From a virus: a stretch of 58,408 nucleotides of DNA. The stretch spans positions 1 through 58,408 of the IMG/VR virus record IMGVR_UViG_3300044497_000111. One strand, 5' to 3'. Both the position numbers and the translations under genes were made by a program. Positions within the stretch are counted from its first letter, which is position 1; each line of letters opens with the position of its first letter. Under the pieces are notes generated by a model that made no database searches, was not told where the DNA came from, and worked only from the letters and a program-made list of their open reading frames with translations. Of this stretch, positions 49,911 to 56,200 are shown piece by piece.

Positions 49911-49940
49911 TTGACACCGTGTCAAGTGTCGCCTTACACT
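49911..49940 (+). promoter_or_regulatory. Strong sigma70-type promoter candidate (TTGACA-18-TACACT) with a palindrome over the -35 box
   Basis: TTGACA at 49911-16 and TACACT at 49935-40. TTGACA-ccg-TGTCAA inverted repeat at 49911-25. About 50 nt upstream of ATG 49992. Confidence 0.55.
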
Positions 49941-49991
49941 TGTCTTGTTCGGTCGATGAACGACCGACGCACTTAAACAAAGGAACACGCG

Positions 49992-50234
49992 ATGAACACG
50001 AACGAAACGAGACAGAGACAGCGCGAAGACGGCACGTCGACCTTCACGACCGTGGATTGGGATGCCAAATATTACTGGCCCGTCGGCGCCCGCGTCATCT
50101 ATCGCGGCTTCGTCGGCACGGTCGTCAAGGAAAACCCGACGACCGTCTCCGTCATGTTCGACGACCACAACCCCGGCCACGTTTACGACCGCGTCCCGAT
50201 GTCGGCGCTCTATCGCGTGGACGGGGGCCGTTAA
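49992..50234 (+). CDS. Hypothetical protein
   Basis: AAAGGAAC before ATG 49992. 80 aa. Confidence 0.5.
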   Translation: MNTNETRQRQREDGTSTFTTVDWDAKYYWPVGARVIYRGFVGTVVKENPTTVSVMFDDHNPGHVYDRVPMSALYRVDGGR

Positions 50235-50326
50235 TGACGTCCCCGATTGAATTGATCGCCCGTATCTACGAACGCGAAAACGCGCACAAGTCGGTCTCGA
50301 CGACGACCACGAAAGGCGGCAAGTAA
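50234..50326 (+). CDS. Hypothetical micro-protein (30 aa)
   Basis: TAATG junctions at both ends. MTSPIELIARIYERENAHK... Confidence 0.3.
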   Translation: MTSPIELIARIYERENAHKSVSTTTTKGGK

Positions 50327-50559
50327 TGACACTCACAACCGTCGACTGCATTCTCATCTTGGTCGACGACGAAGGCCGCGACGTGTTCGCGCCCGCCGTT
50401 GTCGTCGACGACGAACCCGACTTCGACGACGGCGACCCCCGCGTCGACGACGACGACGATCCCGATCCCCTCTTCGAAGACTATCCCGGCCAGTACATCG
50501 GCCGGGATGTTCTCGTCGCCGACGACGTCGCGTTCCTTCGGACAGGAGACTGGCGATGA
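50326..50559 (+). CDS. Hypothetical highly acidic protein
   Basis: 77 aa. DDEPDFDDGDPRVDDDDDPDPLFEDY. Confidence 0.45.
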   Translation: MTLTTVDCILILVDDEGRDVFAPAVVVDDEPDFDDGDPRVDDDDDPDPLFEDYPGQYIGRDVLVADDVAFLRTGDWR

Positions 50560-50780
50560 CCACGACGATCACGACTCACGACCACGTCGACGACGTCGCC
50601 TGCCCGGACTGCGGGGGCGCCATCGACATTCAATGCGACGTGATGACCGAGGACGTCTACGTGACTCCGTTCGTCGTCGCCAACGACGACGGCACGTTCC
50701 CCTTCACGACACGACCGCGTCAGACCTTCGCGGTCGCGTTCTGTTCCGCCTGTGAATGGGCGCACGAGATTCGCCGATGA
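50556..50780 (+). CDS. Hypothetical Zn-ribbon-like protein
   Basis: CPDCGG...CSAC. ATGA junctions. Confidence 0.45.
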   Translation: MTTTITTHDHVDDVACPDCGGAIDIQCDVMTEDVYVTPFVVANDDGTFPFTTRPRQTFAVAFCSACEWAHEIRR

Positions 50781-51112
50781 CTATCACAAACACGACCCAC
50801 TTCCCCGCGAACATCGACGCCCGCGAGTCTCGCGGCCTTTCTCGCCGAACTGCGACGGTGGGGCTTCGCCTACGCCGTCGCGCAGACGACCGACTTTACC
50901 GACGTGACCTTCTGGAAGGAGACGACACGATGACGACCACGAACCACACCGAACAGCAATTGAAGATCGACCTGCAGCCGTCCGAGGGACGGTGCCGGTA
51001 CTGCGGCGAACGGCGACCGGCCGGGTACTCGGTGACCTGCGGTCGGTCCGTCTGCCAAGAGGCCCACTATCACGACAAGGAAATCCGCACGCCGAAACGG
51101 GGGCGCCGATGA
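50777..51112 (+). CDS. Hypothetical protein(s); the apparent frame switch near 50825 is unresolved
   Basis: The single track frame reads MTITNTTHFPANIDARE.... From ~50825 to 50933 the +1 frame has the better codon bias (ASLAAFLAELRRWGFAYAVAQTTDFTDVTFWKETTR*). ATG 50930 (GGAAGGAGAC SD) starts a Zn-ribbon-like 60-aa product. Confidence 0.35.
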   Translation: MTITNTTHFPANIDARESRGLSRRTATVGLRLRRRADDRLYRRDLLEGDDTMTTTNHTEQQLKIDLQPSEGRCRYCGERRPAGYSVTCGRSVCQEAHYHDKEIRTPKRGRR

Positions 51113-51147
51113 CCAGACGAAACGACATCACGAAAGGGAGACGACCG

Positions 51148-51417
51148 ATGACGACTATGCGCGACATCGTGCTCGCGGCGCGATTTATCGCCGACGTGCG
51201 AACGATTCTGAAAGACGAACAGGGCGAGTGGCGGGAATTGAACAGTTGCGCCGATGCGATTCAGGACATTTCGTTGGCGTTGACGCAGTACGACATCGAG
51301 ACGGCGGTCGTTGCCGTTCGTGCCGTTCGTTCGGAATGCACGGACAGTCCCGCGTGCGCTCGCACCGGCTGCGCCGACTGTGAACGGTCGTACGGGCCGC
51401 AAAGGGGGCGACGATGA
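51148..51417 (+). CDS. Hypothetical protein
   Basis: AAGGGAGAC SD before ATG 51148. 89 aa. Confidence 0.45.
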   Translation: MTTMRDIVLAARFIADVRTILKDEQGEWRELNSCADAIQDISLALTQYDIETAVVAVRAVRSECTDSPACARTGCADCERSYGPQRGRR

Positions 51418-51773
51418 CGCCGAAGAAACCGACCGCGAAGGTCGACGTGCCGAAAGGTCAGTCGACCGCATGGCAGGCGACGGCGCACGCCCGAGCCAAA
51501 CAGATCACCGCCGAGCTGAACGTCGAACATCCGGGCGCGTACCTTCGCGCCAAGATTCTGACCCCGCGTGGACTGACCGTGAAGGCCGCCGCCGTCGAGC
51601 TCGGCGTGTCGCGGCAGTCGTGGTCGAGCGTCATCACCGGCGTGACGAACCTGTCACCCGAAATGGCGTGGCGGATTGAGAAGACATGGGGCGTCTCGAT
51701 GGAGTCGCTCCTGAAACGGCAAATGGCGTACGACATTGCGCGAGTTCGCGCAGAACAGGCAGAGACGAAATGA
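51414..51773 (+). CDS. HigA/VapI-type HTH (antitoxin-like) protein
   Basis: HPGAYLRAKILTPRGLTVKAAAVELGVSRQSWSSVITGVTNLSPEMAWRIEKTWGVSMESLLKRQMAYD matches the HigA antidote pattern. Confidence 0.6.
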   Translation: MTPKKPTAKVDVPKGQSTAWQATAHARAKQITAELNVEHPGAYLRAKILTPRGLTVKAAAVELGVSRQSWSSVITGVTNLSPEMAWRIEKTWGVSMESLLKRQMAYDIARVRAEQAETK

Positions 51774-51874
51774 GCATGCCACTGGATCTCTCACGCCCTC
51801 GATGGGAAGGATTGTAATTCGTCGGTTCAATAATCGCAGCGAAGATTGACTGCAGTTAAACTTGGAGAGACGAT

Positions 51875-52144
51875 ATGAGCGTGGAACTTTACGAACACTT
51901 GAAGACGGCGGGCATGCCCTCAGAACCGGCGCACGCGTTGGCGATGCTGCTGGTCACGAAGGCCGACATCGTCCCGCTGACGACGAAGGCAGACTTGCAC
52001 GAGCTGCGGGCGGGGACCAAGACGGACCTGCACGAACTCCGGGCGGAAATGCACCGCGAGTTCGCCGCCCAGACACGGGCGATGATCACCCTGATGATCG
52101 CGCTCACCGCCATCTACGCCGGAATCGTGGCGCTCCTGCGATGA
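51875..52144 (+). CDS. DUF1640-like coiled-coil protein with C-terminal TM anchor
   Basis: GGAGAGAC SD. ...LVTKADIVPLTTKADLHELRAGTKTDLHELRAEM...MITLMIALTAIYAGIVALL. Confidence 0.45.
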   Translation: MSVELYEHLKTAGMPSEPAHALAMLLVTKADIVPLTTKADLHELRAGTKTDLHELRAEMHREFAAQTRAMITLMIALTAIYAGIVALLR

Positions 52145-52269
52145 CCGACAAGATCGAGCACGACCTCGTCGTCCTGAAGTGGATGCTCGGCGTCGTGTTG
52201 GCCTTGTCGGTCGGCCTGTTCTGGCTGCAATTCGCCATCATGGTGCGCGTGTTGGCCCGACTGCCGTAG
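52141..52269 (+). CDS. Small TM protein (42 aa; DUF1640 C-terminal-like)
   Basis: ATGA overlap. MTDKIEHDLVVLKWMLGVVLALSVGLFWLQFAIMV... Confidence 0.4.
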   Translation: MTDKIEHDLVVLKWMLGVVLALSVGLFWLQFAIMVRVLARLP

Positions 52270-52273
52270 CCCA

Positions 52274-52304
52274 ACGGGGGGGCCGTTCTGGTCCCCCCTA
52301 TTTT
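52274..52304 (+). terminator. Intrinsic terminator candidate ending the plus-strand arm
   Basis: GGGGGGCC-gttct-GGtCCCCCC stem followed by TATTTT, starting 5 nt after the stop at 52269. Confidence 0.55.
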
Positions 52305-52319
52305 CCCCCTTCGCCTGAC

Positions 52320-52640
52320 CCCTTCGCGAGACGACCGCGCCGACCGGTCTGGCTGACCGGCTGGCGGTCGACCCGTCGACCGGTCGACCTGTCGAGACCG
52401 GTCTCCCGACCGACCGTCCCACGGTCTTCCCGCGACCGTCGGACCGACCGGTCACGAAAACGACCTGCCGACCGGTCTAGCTGACCGCCTGCCACGTCTG
52501 GGACCGGTCGGTCGACCGTCGAGACCGGTCGGGTGGGTCGTCGGTCTGGCGACCTGCTGGCCCGGTCGGTCGCGAGACCCGGTCCCGAGACGGTCCCGAC
52601 CGGTCGTCGTCGACGTGTCAGGCGAGACCTGACACGACCG
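52320..52640. repeat. Repeat region R4 (largest member of the GACCGGTC / GTCTCCCGACCG family)
   Basis: Tandem GTCGACC x3 (52365-52390). Palindrome GAGACCGGTCTC (52394-52405). GTCCCACGGTC. A 40-nt block at 52459-52498 shared with 16531-16570. A 9-bp hairpin at 52614-52636. Confidence 0.85.
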
Positions 52641-52643
52641 GTC

Positions 52644-52926
52644 GGGGTGCCAAATGGGGTGCCAAATCGAAAAGACAATCAGACGAAATCAAAGGCAATC
52701 GGAGACAACAAAACGCGGACCGGATTTGGCACCCCGCGAGCGGTCGACGACCGCGCCGACAGGGGGCACGTGGCAGATTGCCTAATGTTTTTGCTGATTT
52801 CGCGCTTGTGGAAGGTGGTTGCGGGGGGGGGATTTGAACCCCCGACCTTTGGGTTATGAGCCCACAGGTAAGAGCTCAATCGCTTAAATCCTTAGCAAAA
52901 ACGCACAGCGCGTTGGGGTGCCAAAT
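52644..52926. repeat. GGGGTGCCAAAT repeats (candidate integrase arm-type sites) flanking the tRNA fragment
   Basis: Direct copies at 52644-55, 52656-67 and 52915-26. Inverted copy at 52724-35. Confidence 0.75.
52816..52866 (-). tRNA. 3' half of an initiator-type tRNA-Met(CAT)-like gene (partial; candidate attP core)
   Basis: Minus strand reads TGTGGGCTCATAACCCAAAGGTCGGGGGTTCAAATCCCCCCCCCGCAACCA. This gives an anticodon arm with three G:C pairs and a CAT anticodon, a T arm, the acceptor 3' strand CCCCGCA-A-CCA (as in E. coli tRNA-fMet), and an encoded CCA. No matching 5' acceptor strand or D arm lies upstream. Confidence 0.7.
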
Positions 52927-53281
52927 GTTTTTCCTTGTCACCCTGTCCCGAGCCCGTTGTTGGGGTATGGAAGGGATTCGAACCCTTGCGGCGGGACGTC
53001 CGCGTCCGTTGCCCGCCGACCAGCGCGGCACTGGTTGCCTTCAGCCTCTCAGCCACCATCACCCCGACGCGCCAGTGTATCTCCGTCGGGTCAGGTGCCG
53101 CCAGTCCCCACCGACCGGGCAGACACGAGTAGCCGCACACGCCGTCGGGCGGACAGGCGGGGTCTTGCAAGATTTCAATCGGCAAGCCGTCGGCGCACTT
53201 CGGGAAGGCTCGCAAATTCCACGGGCGCGGGACGCAGCCGCTCGCCACCAGCACCATGACGACGACGGCCAGCCTACGCAT
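52892..53281 (-). CDS. Putative lipoprotein (last ORF of the tail operon); 3' half overlaps a tRNA-like sequence
   Basis: MRRLAVVVMVLVASGC... has a signal peptide plus lipobox-type Cys16, followed by a Cys-rich ~50 aa. The ATG overlaps the stop of the large tail protein (ATGCGTAG). The C-terminal ~60 aa look non-protein-like. Confidence 0.45.
   Translation of the reverse strand: MRRLAVVVMVLVASGCVPRPWNLRAFPKCADGLPIEILQDPACPPDGVCGYSCLPGRWGLAAPDPTEIHWRVGVMVAERLKATSAALVGGQRTRTSRRKGSNPFHTPTTGSGQGDKEKHLAPQRAVRFC
52961..53065 (-). pseudogene. tRNA-like sequence with type-II (long variable arm) architecture, probably degenerate
   Basis: Minus strand: GGGGT(G)ATGG-TG-GCTGAGAGGCTGAAGGC (D arm), ACCAG-TGCCGCG-CTGGT (non-canonical loop, no U33), a ~31-nt extra arm, AAGGGTTCGAATCCCTT (T arm), then CCATACCCC-A. 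The acceptor pairs only with one bulged G. No CCA is encoded. Confidence 0.45.
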
Positions 53282-56200
53282 CTGAGGGCGGCGGCTTGCG
53301 CCGCCGCCTCTCCTTCTCCGTGACGACTCGCGTTACTCGCGGCGGGGCGTCGGTCGACCTGGGCTCCCCGGATCGCCGTCGCCGATGGGATGCTCCGGCG
53401 TCGGCGGCTGGTCGGGTCGTCCCGGCCGGTCGGGTCGGTCGGGTGGTTCCGCGATGGGGTGCGTCGGGGTCGGCGGCGGCGGGTCGGTCGGCGACTCGCG
53501 TCTCGGCGGTGTCGGGTTGTTTGCCATGAGAGTCTCCCTCCTGTTGTGGTTGTCGACGTCGAAGCAGCGCGGCGTGGTTTTCGAGCACCGCTGTCAGGTC
53601 GTAGAAATCGAGACGCACGATCCCGGCCGTCGGCTCGACTTCGTGCCGGGTGAAGCGCACTTCGCGCCCGACCCAGCCGTCGGCGCCGACGCCCTCGAGA
53701 TGCGTGATCGCCGCCGTCTCGCCGGGTTCGAAATTGAGGCCGGCGAACGGCAATTGCAACGAGCCAATCCGGCGCGGGTCTTGGAACCGCGCCAGCTTCC
53801 GCGCCATCACGTCGGTGATCGTCGCCCGTCCCTGCGCGGTGTTGCCACGGAGCGCATGCAGTTCGAACTTCGGCGACTCACGCTCTTGATCGTAATTGGC
53901 AATCGATTCGTTGGACCGGACTTCGCCCTTGCCGTACCAGCCGCCCTGCTCACGCCCGGTGTAGTCGCGAGAATGCACGTACGGCAGGATGTTGAAAAAC
54001 GCCGACTGGACTTGATCGACCAGGTTGAACGAGCTCTCCCGCACATTCAGCACGTCGGTGATCGTCGCAAGGTTCTCGGACGCAGCGATGGGCTCGCACG
54101 ACACGCTGTCCTGCCCTTTGCGATTAAAGGTTTGGTCGAAGTCGCCGCTCTGCTGGAACCGGGCCAGTGCGTCGACCGCCGTCACGAATTCGCCGCCCGC
54201 GCCGATGATGGTGGCGCCTTCGTAGTCGCTCCCGCCGAGTCGCGCCGCGAGCGCCGCCTTCACCGCCGCGTGTGATGCTTCGTCGACCAGCGGGATCGCC
54301 GGGAGCTGGGGGAAGACGGTGTCGCCCGCCGTCAGATAGGCACCCGCCAGCCACGGCGTATCGGGCGCCACGAAATTCACCATGAAGTGTAGTCGTTGGT
54401 CGACGATGGACCGGATGAGCGTGCCCGTGCCGTCGGCCGCCGTCTCGACGCCATCGACGTCGACGAAGACGGGGTCCGGCGCGGGTTCGACCGTAGTGAA
54501 GATCAACGTAAACCACTGGCCGTTGATCGCGACGTACTTGGTCGGATAGATCCAGCCCGGATGATCGGGCGCAAACCACGTGACGCCGAAGGCGGCATCC
54601 GGTACCGGCGCATACGTGGTCTTCGTTTCCCCGTCCCCGGCGTCGGTCGTGGTGGGGATGTAGATGTTGCCGACGCGGGCGCAGGCATGCCGTGCCACGA
54701 GGAACGCCGAGACGGTGATCGGCGTCGTGCCATACGTACCTTGGCCGACGAAGATCGCCTTGGCCTGTCCCGCCGCCTCGACCGCGACGAGGTCACCCGT
54801 CGGCACCGTCACCGGGGTGATGACGACGTTGTCATCGTTCACGCTCAACACGCCTGCGGCGACGTCCCACTGGCGGTTGTACTCCGCGTCCCAATCCGAG
54901 TAGTACGACCGCCGCCGGATGATGCGATAGCCGTCGACGGCACCGGGGTGCGCGGTCCATGAGATGGTGATGTTGCGCTGAATCCGCGTGGATGGCACTT
55001 CCCGCCGATCTGCAATCGGCGTGATCACCACGCCCCCAATTCCCGGCGCACTAAAGACGCCGCCGCCGAGATTCGCATAGACCAAGTATTGGAAATTCTG
55101 GCGCAGCATCAGCAGCCAATTGGTGTCGGTGATCCATTCCCGGTTTTCGTTCGGCAGGACCGTCGTGTCGTCGTACTGCGTGACGGAGCTGTCGACGTCC
55201 AACAACGCCCCTTGCAAAAAGTCCGAGCGATGCGACGAGTAGATGCGATAGAACTCCGCGCCCGGCACCGCGTCCCAATTCACGCGAATCGTCCTCATCG
55301 TGTTCGTCGTGCGTTCCGCGAGGACTGGCGTCTGATCGGTTTCCACTCCGCCCACGTACGCCGACATGGTGTAGTACCGCGTCACGCCTGCGGTTTTGCC
55401 GCCGGTCCGCAACTCCAGATCGAAGTTCGCCGGGGCCGCCACCGGCTGCGGCCCGACCGTGACCGTCACGCCGACGACGGCGCTGGCGTCCACGCCGGTC
55501 AGGCCGAGCGACCCGTAGATGATCGGCGCGGGCGTCTCGAGCGTCTCGATAGGACACGCCGGGAAATCCGCCACCGTGATCAACGGCTGCCAGCCCTGCT
55601 GCGCTCGCCGCTTGCGGCTGAATTTCTTTTTGAGCCAGTCGGCGCCCTTCAGCTCGAAGTGCAGATCCGCCGTCGGCGCATAGTCGTTGACGAACCCGAG
55701 GGCCGCGAGACGCGGCAGGCCGAGCACGCGGCGTTCGGTGTCGTCGACGAACCACACTTCCAGCGGGCGATTCGTCAGGTACTTATTCACCGCGTCGGCG
55801 AGCATGGCGCGGAATTCCCGATGGGTATCGAAGCGGTCGGTCGCGATGTCGCTCAATAGGGCGCCGAAGCTCATGTGTTCGACCTGCCCGTCCCGATCCG
55901 ACAGGCCACGGGCAATCGTGTGGAAGCGTTCGACACGCGGGCGCTTGTAGCCGTCGTAGTACTGCGGCGGGTCGTTCAAGTCCACTTCGGCGTAGGCACA
56001 CTTCACCCCGTCTTTTTTCGTGAGCGTGATCCAGGTCAGCGGGTGCGAGACACCGCCATCTTGGAATCGCTGTTCGACTTCCGGCACGAAGGTCAGCACT
56101 TCGATCACGTGTTGCGTGACCATGCTGCTCACGAGCGGGCCGGTCAGCACTTCGATGACCGCCTGCGTGATGCGGGCCGGAGCGGGATACCACGTCAACA

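Noticed and set aside
52298-52678. 126-aa minus-strand ORF (and 52179..52484 +, 52533..52859 +) in the attP-proximal region
   Set aside because: These are translations of the GACC/GGTC repeats (RSxDR-type low complexity). They have no SD, and equivalent ORFs appear in every frame.
52816-52910. A complete phage-encoded tRNA-Met gene
   Set aside because: Only the anticodon arm, variable loop, T arm and acceptor 3' strand are present. The upstream 40 nt contain no sequence able to pair with CCCCGCA and no D arm.
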